Origin: Mobula hypostoma
Lineage: Eukaryota
DNA length: 64,000 nucleotides
Assembly: GCF_963921235.1 (NCBI RefSeq)
Contig: NC_086098.1
Coordinates: 5,890,001 to 5,954,000, forward strand
Reading direction: 5' to 3'
The translations under genes were made by a program, and so were the position numbers. The notes beneath the pieces are model-generated. The model was not told the DNA's origin. It was given only the letters and a program-made list of their open reading frames with translations, and searched no databases. Of the stretch, positions 1 through 13,019 are shown piece after piece (position 1 is the stretch's first letter; each line of letters starts with the position of its first letter).

Positions 1-40
1 GTGCTGCCGTCACGCCGCCATCTTCTCCTCCTCCTCCTCC
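1..40 (-). mobile_element. 5' end of a non-coding retroposon (same family as 32735-33395), running off the window start
   Basis: cgccgccatcttctcctcc matches 33372-33390; the minus strand reads GGAGGAGAAGATGGCGGCG. Confidence 0.6.
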
Positions 41-119
41 TATATATAGTTCCAAAAAACATGACTAACAAAATCAATTACCTGCACTAAAGGATCATCT
101 GGTGGATATTTATTTTTCA

Positions 120-680
120 CTTTTTTATTTAGAAATACAGTGTGGTAACAGGCTCTTCTGACCCAACGAGCCCATGCTGCCCATTTATACACGATTGACC
201 AATTAACCTACAACCACCAGGTCCTGAACCAGTGTGGATAACTTCACTCATCTCAATGCTGAACTGACTCTACAACCCAAGCACTCACTTTCAAGGACTC
301 CTCAATTCCATATTGCAGTATTTATTGACTTTCTCATTATTTGCACGATTTACCTCTTGCACATTGGTTGTTTGTCAGTCGTTGTTATTTATAGCTCTTC
401 ATAAACTCAGTGTAGTTCTTTATTTTCCTGTAAATGGCTGCAAGGAAACAAGTCTCAGGGTAGGATAATGTGACAGGTATGTACTTTGATAATAAATTTA
501 CTTCGGAAATCTGAACTTTGAACCCATTTTCCTTTGGGATGTTTGAAGAAACCGGAGCAGCCAGTGGAAACCCAAGCAGTCACAAGGGGAACATACAAAC
601 TCTTCACAAGCAGTAGTGGAATTGAAGCCAGGTCACTGACTTTCTAACAACACTGCGATAACTGCTCCGCTTCTGTGCCA
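120..680 (-). mobile_element. tRNA-derived V-SINE split by a Rex1-type 3' fragment (~215-520)
   Basis: GAAACCGGAGCA...GGAAACCCA core at ~548-575 with a SINE head to ~680; the tail at 120-215 matches other copies in the window. Confidence 0.55.
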
Positions 681-879
681 CTTGTATCTGATATCTCATG
701 GAGCAGATCTAAAACACTCATCCCAAGGTCAGGATTGCACTGCATAATGCAGATTTACAGCTATTTATCTCCCTTAAGAGACTCCCAGATAGATACATGG
801 AGCTTAGAGAAATAGAGGGCTATGGGTAACCCCATAGGCTATGGGTAACTTTCAAAGAGATTTTTCACAGTGCTCAATA

Positions 880-1927
880 AAAATATATTCCAGTTAAAAG
901 CAAGGACAGTAAGGGTGTAGAGATCCAGCCTTGGATAACTAAGGGAATAAGACAAGGCATCAAACTAAAACCTTGTGCATACAAAGTCTCCAAGAGTAGT
1001 GGGAAACTGGAAGATTGGGAAAACTTTAAAAAGCAACAAAGAACCACAAAGTAAGCAATAAAAGAAGGGAAGATTGATTATGAAAATAAACTAGCACAAA
1101 ATTCTCTGCACTCTGGGCAGGTCCTAGCAGATTGGAAGACAGCGAATGCCACACCATTGTTCAAATAAGGATGTAGGCAAACGGCAGGTAACTACAGGCC
1201 AGTTAGTTTAACCTGTGTAGTTGGGAAAATGCTTGAAGCTATCATTAAAGAAGAAATAGCGAGGTATCTGGAGAGAAATAGATCCATCAGGCAGATGCAG
1301 CATGGATTCAGCAAATGGTTTCAAAGGTTTCAAAGGTACATTTAATGTCAGAGAAATGTATACAATATGCATCCTGAAATACTTTTTCTTTGCAAACGTC
1401 CACGAAAACAGAGGAGTGCCCCCAAAAGAACGAATGACAGTTAAATGTTAGAATCCCAAAGTCCCCCCCACCTCCCCTCCCTCCTGCACATAAGCAGCAG
1501 CGAGCGACAATCCTCCCTTCCCCAACTGGCAAAAAAAAGCATTGGCACCTTCCAATTATGAAAGGGATAGATAAGATAGAGGCAGGAAAGTTGTTTCCAC
1601 TGAGAGGTGAGACTAGAACTAGAATATATCCTTCAGATTTGGGGGAGTAGATTTAGGAGAGAGATGAAGAGGAACTGTTTTTCCCAGAGAGTGGTGAATC
1701 TGTGGAATTCTCTGCCTGATGAAGCAGTGAAGGATACCTCAGTAAATATTTTTAAGTCAAGTTTGGATAGATTTTTGCATAGTGGGGGAATAAAGGGTTA
1801 TGGGAAAAAAGGCAGGTGGGTGGAGATGAGTCCATGGTCAGATCAACCATGATTTTATTGAATGGTGCAGCAGGCTCGACGGGCCAGATGACCTACTCCT
1901 GCTCCTATTTCTAATGTTCTTATGTTC
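880..1927 (+). mobile_element. Degenerate CR1 LINE fragments with internal deletions, interrupted by a retroposon tail at ~1316-1550
   Basis: DWK..N..PLF, NYRPVSL-like and FSQRVVNLWNSLP motifs; 3' GGGCCAGATGACCT hairpin remnant and TTCT(A/T)ATG tail. Confidence 0.85.
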
Positions 1928-1974
1928 CATGCATGCGCGTTGATCTTTGTCTCTCTCTGCAATGTGAATACACG

Positions 1975-2577
1975 AGTCAGCTGTAGAGACACAATGCCAC
2001 CCAGTGACTCGAAATTGCTCACTCTCTCAATTTCTGATCCCTCTATGGGGATTGGTTCATGTTCCCTTGTTTTTCTCTTCCTGAAGCCCACAATCAAGTT
2101 TTTTGTCTTACTGGCATTCAGTGCAATATTGTTGCTGCGACACCACCCACTATTTGGTATATCTCACTCCTGTATGTCCCCTCGTCTCCATCTGAGATTC
2201 TACCAACAATGGTTGTATCTTTAGCAAATTTATAGATGGTTTTTGAGCTATGCCTAGCCACACAGTCATGGGGATAGAGGGAGTAGAGCTGTGGGCTAAG
2301 CACATATCCCCATGGAGTGCAGGTGTTATTTGTCAGTAAAGTGGAGATGCTGTTACCAACTGGAACTGTGGGAATGATGGTGTTAAATGCTGAGATATAG
2401 TGCAAACAGCATTCTGACATAAGTGTTTGGATTGTCCAGGTTTAATTGTTGCTTTTTGAACCAGGTGGGAACTTCTGACTGTGGCAGTGAGATGTTGAAA
2501 ATGTCCTTGAATACTCCCACCAGTTGGCTGGCACAAGTTTTCAGAACTTTATCAGGAACTGCAACAGGGCCTGCTGC
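1975..2577 (-). mobile_element. Rex1/Babar-type LINE RT fragments
   Basis: KTCASQLVGVFKDIFNISL, VLSPQLYSLY.HDC, KFAKDTTIVG (FADDT) and MIVGFRK motifs in broken frames. Confidence 0.8.
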
Positions 2578-4866
2578 CATAGGACCATAAGATCATAAGC
2601 TATTCAGCCCATCGAGTCTACACCACCATTCTATCATGGCTAATCCCAGATCCCACTCAACCCTATACACCTGCCTTCTCGCCACATCCTTTGATGCCCT
2701 AACCAATCAGGAAACTATCAATGTCCACTTTAAATATATCCACAGACTTGCCTCCACCACAGTCTATGGCAGAACATTTAACGGATTCATTACACTTTGG
2801 CTAAAAAATTTCCTTCTTACCTCTGTTCTAAATGATCGCCCCTCAATTTTGAGGCTGTGCCCTTTAGTTCTGGATACCCCCACCAGAGGAACCATCCTCT
2901 CCACATCCACCCTATCTAGTCCTTTCAACATTTGGTAGGTTTCAATGATATCCCCATGCATTCTTCTAAATTCCAGTGAGTATAGGCCCAAAGCTGCCAA
3001 AAACTACTCATAACCCTTCCCTCCCAGAATCATCCTTGTGAACCTCCTCTGGACTCTTTCCAATGACAACACATCCTTTCTGAGATATAGGGCCCAAAAT
3101 TGTTGACAATATTCCAAGTGCGGCCTGACTAGTGTCTTATAAAGGATCTGCATTATCTCCTTGCTTTTATATACTGCCTTTGACTTATTTTATCATTAGT
3201 CTCCAAGTACTTCGAAACCTTATCCTTAATAATAGACTCCAACACTTTCCCAATCACTGAGGTTAGGCTAACTGGCCAATAATCTCCTTTCTTTTTCCTT
3301 CCTCCTTTCTTAAAGATTGGGGTGACACTTGCAATCTTCCAGTCCTCCAGGACCATGCCAGAATCAAGTGATTCTCGAAAGATCATGGGCAATGAATCTG
3401 TTATCTCTTCAGCAACGTTACTCAGGACTCTGTCTGTCTCAGGTGACTTATCCATTTTAAAACCTTTGAGTTTACCTAGCACTTTTTCCTTTGTAACAGC
3501 AATGTCACTCACTCCTGCTCCCTGACACTCACGGACCTCTGGCACACTACTAGTGTTTTCCACAGTGAAGACTGATGCAAAGTACCCATTAAGTTCATCT
3601 GCCATTTCTTTGTCCCCCATTACTACCTCACCAGCATCATTTTCCATTGGTCCAATATCAACTCTCACCTCCCTTTTACTCTTTATATAACTGTAAAAAC
3701 TTCTAGTATCCTGCTTTATATTATTGGCTAGTCTGACCTGATATTTAATCTTTTCCCTTCTTATAGCTTTCTTAGTTGCCTTTTGTTGGATTTTTAAAGC
3801 TTCCCAGTCATCCAACTTCCCACTCACTTTTGCTACCTTATATGCCCTTTCCTTGGTTATAATGCAGTACTTAACTTGTCAGTCACAGTTGCTTACCCCT
3901 GCCATTTGAAAACTTCTTCTTCTGTGAGAGCTACCTATCCTATGCCTTGTGAACTATTCCCAGAAACATCAGCCATCTCTGCTCTGCCATCATTCCCGCC
4001 AGTATCCTCCTCCAATCCACCTGGGCAAGCTCCCCTCTCATGCCTCTGTAATTCCCTTTATTCCATTGCAATACTGATACATGTGACTTATGCTTCTCCC
4101 TCTCTAAGTGCGGTATGAATTCAATCATATTATGACCACTGCTTCCTCAGGGTTCCTTTACATTAAGCTCCATAATAAGATCTTTGATATTACTCAACAC
4201 CCAAGCTAAGATGGCCTTTGCCCCTGTAGACTCAAACACAAGGTGGTCTAAAACACCATCTTCTAGGCATTCAACAAAAATTCCCTCTCTTTTGATCTGA
4301 CACCAACCTGATTTTCCCTATCTCCTTGCATATTGACGTTCCCCATTACAATTGTGTCATTACCCTTACTGCATGCTTTTCCCAGCTCCTTTTAGTAAGC
4401 TCAACCCCACAGCTTGGCTACTATTTTGGAGGCCTATGTATGATTCCCATTATGGTTTTTCTTGCCCTTGCAGTTTCTTAACTCCACGCAAAAAGATTCA
4501 ACATTCTCTGATCCTATATCACCTCTTTCTAAAGATGTAATTCCATCTCTTACCAACAGAGCCACGCCACCGCTTATGCATTCCTGCCTGTCCTTTCGAT
4601 ACAAAGTATATCCTTTAATGTTAAGCTCCCAACTATGACCTTCTTTCAGCCATGACTCGGTGATGCCCATAAATATCATATCGACCAATCTGTAATTGTA
4701 CCACGAGTTCATCCACCTTATTCTGAATGCTATGCGTATTTAAACACAGCATCTTCACTGCTGCATTCTTCACTCTTTTTAAATTTTGCTTCTGTACTAC
4801 AATTTGACTCTTTGCTCTGTCTGCATTGGTACCTAATCATTGGCCTGTCCTTCCTTACATTCATGT
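2578..4866 (-). mobile_element. CR1 LINE ORF2 relic (APE, linker, RT), internally deleted
   Basis: GITESWL, GGVALLV, DWKIASVTPIFKKG, PVSLTSVIGK and GLYSLEFRRM motifs; (CTTATGRT)-like tail at 2578-2597. Confidence 0.9.
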
Positions 4867-4869
4867 TCG

Positions 4870-5470
4870 CCCTCCTTAAAGACATCAGACTCTGACAGAA
4901 AGATCACAGGGTCATCAGGTACAACAGAGATCTTCACAGCTGTAGTTATATTCTCCCTTCCAAAATGGGTATAGAAGACATTGAGTTCATCTGGTAGTGA
5001 AGCATCACTGCCATTCATACTATTGGGTTTTACTTTGTAGGAAATAATGTCCTGCAAACCCTGCCAGAGTTGTTGTGCATCCGATGTCACCTCCATTCTC
5101 ACTTGGAATTGTTTCTTTGCTCTTGAAATAGCCCTCTGCCATTCATACCTGATTTGCCTGTACTGAGTTGGGTCACCAGACTTAAATGCCACTGATCTAG
5201 CCTTCATTAGATGATGAAGCTCCTGATTCATCCTTGGGTTTTGGTTTGGGAATGTACAGCAAGTTTCGTAGGCACACACTCATCCACACAGGTTTTAATG
5301 AAGTCAGTAACAACTGCAGCATACTCATCCAGATTCAAAGATGAATCCCTGATACAATCCAGTCCACCAATTCAAAGCCATCCTGTAAGCGCTCCTGTGC
5401 TTCCCTTGTCCAGACCTTCTTGGTCCTCACTCAGTCTCTACGTATACTCAGGGAGTAGAAGTACAGCTAG
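4870..5470 (-). mobile_element. Rex1/Babar-type LINE linker fragment
   Basis: PNQNPRM...ARSVAFKSGD...LWQGLQ...LPDELNVFYTHF; homologous to the ORFs at 11252-11975. Confidence 0.8.
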
Positions 5471-6105
5471 TTTAAATGGTTTGGCATGGAGTAGATGGGC
5501 TGAATGGCCTGTTTCTCTCTGCTGTACTACTCCGTGACTCGATAAATATAGCCAATGACTTGCCTCCACAGCAATCTGTGGCAAAGGATTCCAGAGAGTC
5601 GCTAAAGACTTAAGTACTTCCCAAGAACTTTATCAGCATTTATTGATTCTGTCTGCCACAATAGTAACGCCATTGGCAGTATTCCATCATTTTCCTGACA
5701 CTTGATGCTCATCTAATTGGTTGGTACTCTCCTGTTTTCTCCTAGTTCCCTCCTTTCTTCGATACATATTCACTTTCCAATTTGTTCTAACCTTTCCAGA
5801 ATCTGGGGTATTTCAGAACATGACACCTGATGTGCCAGTTTGAAGCATACATAATATATAGTTCTGGGAGATGTATTATATTCAAGAAAAAGACTGACTC
5901 AAAAGTTATTGAACAGCAACTAACGCTGCATGAATGCAACTTTAGTTTAGCTCTTATGTTTCTTCACTGGTTTATAACATTCATTAAGGAAGAGATTAAC
6001 ATTAAATTGATAAGTAATTAAAATGATTTATTCAGTGACAAATCATATTGATATACAGCATGACAGAAAAGAAATGCGGATAAAATGCTTGAGAGGTACT
6101 TAGGG

Positions 6106-8215
6106 TCATAGAACCATGGAAAAGTATAGCACAGAAACAGATCCTTCAGCCCATCTAGTCTGCACCAAACTGCCTACTCCCATCGACCTGCACTGGGACC
6201 ATAGACCTCTATCCAAACTTCTCCTAAATGTTGAAACTGAGCTCACATGCACCACTTGCACTGGCAGCTTGTTCCACATTCTCCGAGCTCTCTGAATGAA
6301 GAAGTTTTCTCTCATTTTACCCTTAAACATTTCACTTTTTACTCTTGACCCTCTATGATGTCTAGTTATAGTCCCATCCAACCTCAGTCGAAAAAATCTG
6401 CTTACATTTATCCTATCAATACCAGAATACCTTCATTGTAGAAGAACACCTCGCAGAAAGCCAGTGTGACTTCAGAGCCAACAAGAGCACCACCGACGTG
6501 GTATTTGTTCTCAGGCAGCTCCTAGAGAAATGTAGGGAACAAAACAAGGGATTGTACGTGACGTTTGTCGACCTTACCAAAGCGTTCGACATTGTGAGCA
6601 GGGAAGGTCTGTGGCAAATCATGGAACGACTGGGATGCCCCCCAAAGTTCCTCAGCATGGTCACCCAGCTACATGAAGATCAGCGTGGCCAAGTCAGACA
6701 CAACAACGACCACTCAGAATACTTCCCAATAGGCAACGGAGTTAAGCAAGGCTGCATCCTCGCACTGACTCTCTTCACCATCTTCTTCAGCATGATGCTC
6801 AAAAGGGCCACAGAAGATCTTGATGACGAGGACAGTGATTACATCCGATACCGCACCGATGGCAGCCTGTTCAATCCAAGGCGATTACAGTTCTACACCA
6901 AGACATTGGAGCAACTCATCCGAGAGCTACTCTTCACCAACGATGCTGCCCTTGTCGCCCACACAGAGACAGCCCTGCAGCGTTTAACATCCTGCTTCGC
7001 AGAGGCTGCCGAGCTCTTCAGACTGGAAGTCAGCTTGAAGAAGACAGAAGTTCTCCATCAGTCCGCACCTCAGGAAGATTACCACCCTCCCTGCATCTCC
7101 ATCGGTAAGGTAGAGCTCAAGATAGTCCACCAGTTCGGCTACCTGGGGTGCACCATCTCGTCAGATGCCAAGATCGACAAAGAGATTGACAACAGACTGG
7201 CAAAGTCAAACAGCACGTTCGGCAGGCTGTACAAAAGAGTCTGGAACAACAAGCATCTGAAGAAAGGCACAAAGATCAGCATGTACGGAGCCGTTGTACT
7301 GACCACCCTCCTGTACGGCTCCGAGTCGTGGGTCACCTACCATCACCACCAATGACTCCTTGAGCGTTTCCACCAGCGTTGCCTCTGCACCATCCTCAAC
7401 ATCCACTGGAGTGACCTCGTCACCAACATCGAAGTCCTTGAACAGGCGGAGGTCACCAGCTCTGAGGCCATGCTGTTGAAGATGCAGCTGCGCTGGGCAT
7501 GGCACGTCTCCAGGATGGAGGATCATTGCCTGCCCAAGATTGTGCTGTATGGCGAACTGTCCACTGGCCACCGTGACAGAGGGGCACCGAAGAAGAGGTA
7601 CAAGAACACTCTGAAGAAATCCCTTGGTGCCTGTCACATTAGACCACTGGCGATGGTCAATCTAGCCTCCGATCGCGAGGCCTGGCGACATACCATTCAC
7701 CAGTCTGTCTCCTCCTTCGAGGACGCACGCAGGGCTGGCACTGAGGACAAAAGGAGAAGGAGGAAGAACCGTGACACAGCAGCACCAAACCCAGAACAGA
7801 ATTTCCCTTGCAGCTGCTGTGGTTGGACCTGCCTGTCCCGTATTGGCCTCGTCAACCACCAGCGAGCCTGCCGAAGACGTGGGCAGCCCCCTTCCTAAAT
7901 CTTCGTTCGCGAAGCCAAGCCATGACCCCTCATATTGTGTATCCTTCTATCAAACCTTCTCTCAGTCTTCAATGATCCAAAGAATAAAGTCATAACCTAT
8001 TCAGTCTTCCCTTATAACTCGTGTTGTCCAGACCTGCAACATCCTTGTAGATTTTCTCTGTATTCTTTCAACCTTGCTTACACGTTTCCTGTAGGTCGGT
8101 GACCAAAACAGCATGCAATACTCCAAACTAGGCTTCACCAACATTTTATACAACTTCAACATAACATCCCATCTTCCGTACTCAACCCTTTAACAATGAA
8201 GGCCAATGTGCCAAA
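6106..8215 (-). mobile_element. CR1 3' fragment split by the RTE insertion (pieces 6106-6423 and 7926-8215)
   Basis: FFIQR..RMWNKLP; the CR1 sequence is colinear across the junction atacc|cctcat. Confidence 0.8.
6424..7925 (+). mobile_element. RTE-clade LINE, 5'-truncated: RT, C-terminal zinc finger and 3' UTR
   Basis: RQLLEKCREQ, FVDLTKAFD, GVKQGC.LA, LLFTNDA (FADD), YLG, LLYGSESW and C-x2-C-x12-H motifs; ORFs 6498-7355 and 7470-7898 share a frame, separated by one TGA. Confidence 0.95.
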
Positions 8216-8252
8216 ACATCCTCGAGACTTTGGTAATCTTGTCTTAATGATT

Positions 8253-8550
8253 GGGGCAGCATGATGGCATAGTGGTTACCACAAGTCTTTACAGAATCAC
8301 GGTTCAATTCCCACCACAGTCTGTAAATTTATACATTCTGTCTGTGACCGTGTGGGTTTCTTCCAGGTGCTCCAGTTCCCTCCCACTTTCCGAAGATGTA
8401 CAATTATGGTTTGCAAGTTATGGGCACACTTTCTTGGCTCTGGAAGTGTGGCAACACTTGCGGGCTGCCAAGCACAGGCCTCACTGATTTAATTTGATTT
8501 GATGCAGATGGTGCATTTCACTGTGACAGATAAAGCTGATACTTTATTCG
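8253..8550 (+). mobile_element. tRNA-derived V-SINE
   Basis: A-box TGGCATAGTGG, B-box GGTTCAATTCC, V-domain GTGGGTTTCTTCCAGGTGCTCCAGTTCCCTCCCAC. Confidence 0.75.
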
Positions 8551-8779
8551 TTCTTGAATGATGCAGTTGATATTATGAGGATTTTTCCTTCCATGATGCT
8601 TTCTAGTGTTAACTTCATGGAAGGTAGGAGTCCTTTCCATGAGATAATGCCCATGAAGTTTCACAACATTGGTCCTGCCTTAGACACTAATGCATGCCCT
8701 ATGAGCACAACAGAAACCTTAAAAATTATGGTGAAATATTCTGAAAATACAATGGTTGTCTTTAAATATTTGTACTAAT

Positions 8780-9345
8780 ACCACACCAGTCCTCACAAAG
8801 AGATCAGAAATGGAAAGAGTGAGCAATTACAAGTTCCTTGGCGTCAATATCTCCGAGGGTCTATCCTGGACCCAACATATCGATACAGCTACACAGCTAC
8901 AAAGAAAGCAGAACAGCAACTGTATTTCATATCAGGTTTGAGGACATTTGGTATGACACCAAAAGCACTTGCAACTTTCTACAGATGTATTGCAAAGAGC
9001 TTTCTGACTGGCTGCATCGTCGCCTGGCATGGGGAGGGGGTGGGGGGAGAGGTCAGCAGAAAGTTGTAAACTTATTCAGCTCAATCATAGGCACCAATCT
9101 CCAACGAATCCAGAACATCTTCAAGGAGTGAAGCCTCTAAAGGACAGCATCCATCATTAAGGACCCTCTCTACCAGGTCATGCCTTGTTCTCATTGCTAC
9201 ATCTATTTTTGCACTACTTATTAACTATTTGAGATATATATATATATATCACTGAAATTCACAGTTTTCTATTATTATATATTGCATTTTACTGCTGCAG
9301 CAAGGACAACAAATCTCACAACATAGCTGTTGATATTAAACTTGA
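8780..9345 (+). mobile_element. Old Rex1/Babar 3' fragment
   Basis: MERVSNYKFLGVNIS..LSW.QHID; 3' UTR ending AACAAATCTCACAAC...AAACTTGATTCTGA. Confidence 0.7.
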
Positions 9346-9354
9346 TTCTGAGAT

Positions 9355-9580
9355 ACTCACAGAAACAGACCCTTCTAGTCCATGCCACCCAATAACACCC
9401 ATGCGACCATTTAACCTACTGACCCGCACGTCTTTTGAAGGTGGGATGAAACCAAAGCAAATGGTGGAAACTCCTGCGCTGTCATGGGGCGAACGTACTG
9501 TACAAACTCCATACGAGCCGTGGTGGAATCGACCTTGGGTCACTGTCGCCACAGTAGCAGTACGTTAACCGTACAGCGCC
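9355..9580 (-). mobile_element. V-SINE
   Basis: Reverse complement of the V-domain and tRNA-like head seen at 8253. Confidence 0.6.
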
Positions 9581-10550
9581 AGCTGTTTTAACAGGTTTTA
9601 AACCTGATTCTGAGGTAAATAATTAAACAGCAGCTGATTGATGTGTGGCTGGTCCATTCCCTCTTGCTGAGGATCACCACCTTTGTTTTGACAGCTCTGT
9701 GTAACAGCAAAACATCTCTGTGAACAAGTTAGTGAAGATGCAATCACAAACTTCCATCAACTGTCCACTTGCATTTACCCACTAATCAACTGAATATCTC
9801 ATCAGCAAGTTGTCAATAATTCACATTTTCAAATCTGATATCCGTGACATCCCTAATTTATGACAGGTCCTGTGAAATATTATTCAAAAATGTCCAAATT
9901 GATTTTTTCATTATTCCAGCACTTCAGTCTTATTTTCTGAGATGAATTAAACAGAGGCTCGCAATGGAAATTTGTATAAAGTCACATTGAAACGTACCTG
10001 TCAGAAAATTCTCAGTCACTCTTTTGCTTGTATCTAAATAGAATTCTGAATGGCAATCACAAGCTAAATTGGATGCCTGCTGCCGTCATCAGGAACTAAA
10101 CCAAGCACAACAACCCAGTCATCAGCATCAGTGATATGTTCAGCACTGAAACGTCAGCAATTCACTGTAATAGTAGGTAGCGGGCTGCTCATCTACCTGA
10201 AGCCAAGGCAGAGTTATAAACATAGGAATTCCAGCAAGACATTATTCCACAACTCTACATTAATGCATTGACTTATGGTGTAAACCTGTAAATAAGCTCA
10301 AATAACACGATCCCAAGACAGCATGAACCTGGGTAGAAAATTGCACAGAAAGACACTCCAAACAAAAGCAATGCAACTTTGCAGCTCCGTGTCTGAATAA
10401 AATAAGTTCAGTTTTTGTAAAAGTACGTGGAAAAAAAGTAAAAACTTAGAAGCTAATATTGTCGGGGTGCGCTCTCACAGGACTAGGCCCAAGTTCAGAG
10501 GAACAGCAGGCTCTCTGCCATAGCAGCTGCTGGCACCAGGTCAACCCAGC

Positions 10551-11975
10551 TGTCAAGTCAAGTCAAGTCACTTTTTATTGTCATTTCGACCATAACTGCT
10601 GGTACAGTACACAGTAAAAACGAGACAACGTTTTCCAGGACCATGGTGTTACATGAAACAATACAAAATCTACACCGAACTACGTAAAACAACACAAAAC
10701 TACACTAGACTACAGACCTACCCAGGACTGCATACAGTGCACAAAACAGTGCAGGCATTACAATAAATAATAAACAAGACAATAGGCACAGTAGAGGCCA
10801 GTAGGTTGGTGTCAGTCCAGGCTCTGGGTATTGAGAAGTCTTATGGCTTGGGGGAAGAAACTGTTACATAGTCTGGTCGTGAGAGCCCGAATGCTTCGGT
10901 ACCTTTTGCCAGATGGCGGGAGGGAGAAGAGTTTGTATGAGGGGTGTGTGAGGTCCTTCATAATGCTGTTTGCTTTACGGATGCAGCATGTGGTGTAAAT
11001 GTCTGTAACGGCAGGAAGAGAGACCCCGACGATCTTCTCAGCTGACCTCACCATCCGCTGCAGGGTCTTGCGATCTGAGATGATGCAGTTCTCGAACCAG
11101 GCAGTGATGCAGCTGCTCAGGATGCTCTCAATACATCCTCTGTAGAATGTGGTGAGGATGGGGGTGGGAGATGGATTTTTCTCAGCCTTCGCAGAAAGTG
11201 GAGACGCTGCTGGTCTTTCACATCCTCTAAGCACTCTGCCAGGAATATTATTTGGTCCGGCAGCCTTCTGTGGGTTGGCCCTGCACAGGGTTCTCCTTAC
11301 ATCGGCCACGGTTAGACACAGCACCTGGTCATTGGGAGGAGGGGTGGTCTTCCTCGCCGCCATGTCATTTTCCGCCTCAAAATGAGTGTAGAAATTATTC
11401 AACGCATCAGGGAGGGAGGCATCACCAGCACAGTCAGGTGATGTTGTCCCGAATGCCCTTCCACATGCGCCGTGTGTTGCCATTGTCCTGGAAGTGGCTG
11501 TGGATTCGCTGGGCATGTCCACACTTTGCCTCTCTGATGGCCCGGGACAGTTTGGCCCTCGCTGTTGTTAGGGCAGCCTTGTCGCCTGCTCTGAAGGCGG
11601 AGTCACGGGTCCTCAGCAGTGCACGCACCTCCGCGGTCAGCCATGGCTTCTGGTTAGCTCGTGTAGTGATGGTCATGGTCACAGTGACATCATTGATGCA
11701 CTTGCTGATGTAGCTAGTCACTGATGCTATGTACTCCTCTAAGTTGGTAGAGTCGCCATCGGTTGCAGCCTCCCTGAACATGTGCCAGTCAGTGTGCTCA
11801 AAGCAGTCTTGGAGAGCAGAGATGGCTCCTGCTGGCCAGGTTTTCACCTGCTTCTGAAAAGGTCTGGAGCGCCTGACGAGCGGTGTGTATGCTGGGATTA
11901 GCATAACAGAGATGTGGTCTGAGTAACTGAGATGGGGGCGGGTCTCCACCCAGTATGCGTTGGGAATGTTTGTGT
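10551..11975 (-). mobile_element. Rex1/Babar LINE with (CTTGA)n tail; most of the RT core deleted near 11210
   Basis: [32 protein letters not shown] joined directly to [21 protein letters not shown]; tail gtcaa x4 at 10552-10570. Confidence 0.9.
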
Positions 11976-12135
11976 CAGTCACGCAGAGCGCAGTCAACGA
12001 CTCGACCCCAGGAATGGTGAGCAGCAGATTCCCCATGAGGAGGTGGAGACAAAGGAATGCCAACTAAGCCTTGAAGGTACGCTGAGCAACACCTTGAGAC
12101 AAATTGTTCTCTGCAACAAAATGACTCCGCTAAGG

Positions 12136-12943
12136 CAGCGGTCCCCAACCACTGGGCCGCAAAGCATGTGCTACCGGGCCGTGAGGAAACGATATGAGTC
12201 AGCTGCACATTTCCTCATTCCCTGTCACGCACTGTTCAACTTTAACATAGGGTTGTCAACTGTCCCGTATTTGCCAGGACATCCCGTATATCGGGCTAAA
12301 TTGGTTTCTCCCATACGGGACCGTCCTTGTCCCGTATTTCCCCCGCTAAGGTAGTGTGTTCCTATGAAATCTTTCGTGCCAAAATGGCGTGAAGCAAGGA
12401 AGAAATTACCAATAATTTATATGGGAAAATTTTTTGAGCGTACCCAGGTCCAAAAAATAACAACAAATCATACCAAATAACACATAAAATTGAAAATAAA
12501 TAACACTAACATATGGTAAAAGCAGGAATGATGTGATAAAAACACAGCCTATATAAAGTAGAAATAATGCATGTACAGTATAGTCGGGAAGATGAAGTCA
12601 AAACCAATTTGTGAGGGGAAAAATTGGCACGTACACGCATGCACACATCACATACACACGTCACGCATACACACACAGGTGCCCGCGCAAGGCTTCATGG
12701 TCATGGTAGTCTTTCTGGGGTAAAGTGTCCCGGGATTTGACTGCTACTTTTGTCCCTTATTTGGGAGTGAGAATGTTGGCAACCCTAACTGTAAAAGACA
12801 TGTTGAGGTGAGTTTAACCTCAAACATTTTTCAAGTTTAACTCCACTTGAACAGCACCTCCCCCCCCCACTGCGGTTGGCCGGTCCACAAGAATATTGTC
12901 AATATTAAACAGGTCCGCAGTGGAGAAAGGTTGGGGACCCCTG
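12136..12943. mobile_element. hAT (Charlie-like) non-autonomous DNA transposon
   Basis: TIRs CAGCGGTCCCCAACC / GGTTGGGGACCCCTG; 8-bp TSD cgctaagg / tgctaagg. Confidence 0.9.
12248..12787. mobile_element. Second hAT-type MITE nested in the Charlie-like element
   Basis: TIRs TAGGGTTGTCAAC / GTTGGCAACCCTA with subterminal TGTCCCG repeats; TSD degenerate. Confidence 0.8.
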
Positions 12944-13019
12944 TGCTAAGGCACAATTGCAAATCCTCTAAATAGTCATTGACAGCAAGGAAAGCCCATG
13001 CCACAATTAATTGACCAGA

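Noticed and set aside
8253..8320. tRNA genes at SINE heads (also 14955, 28455, 34360-34432)
   Set aside because: A/B boxes are followed by SINE bodies and no full cloverleaf is evident
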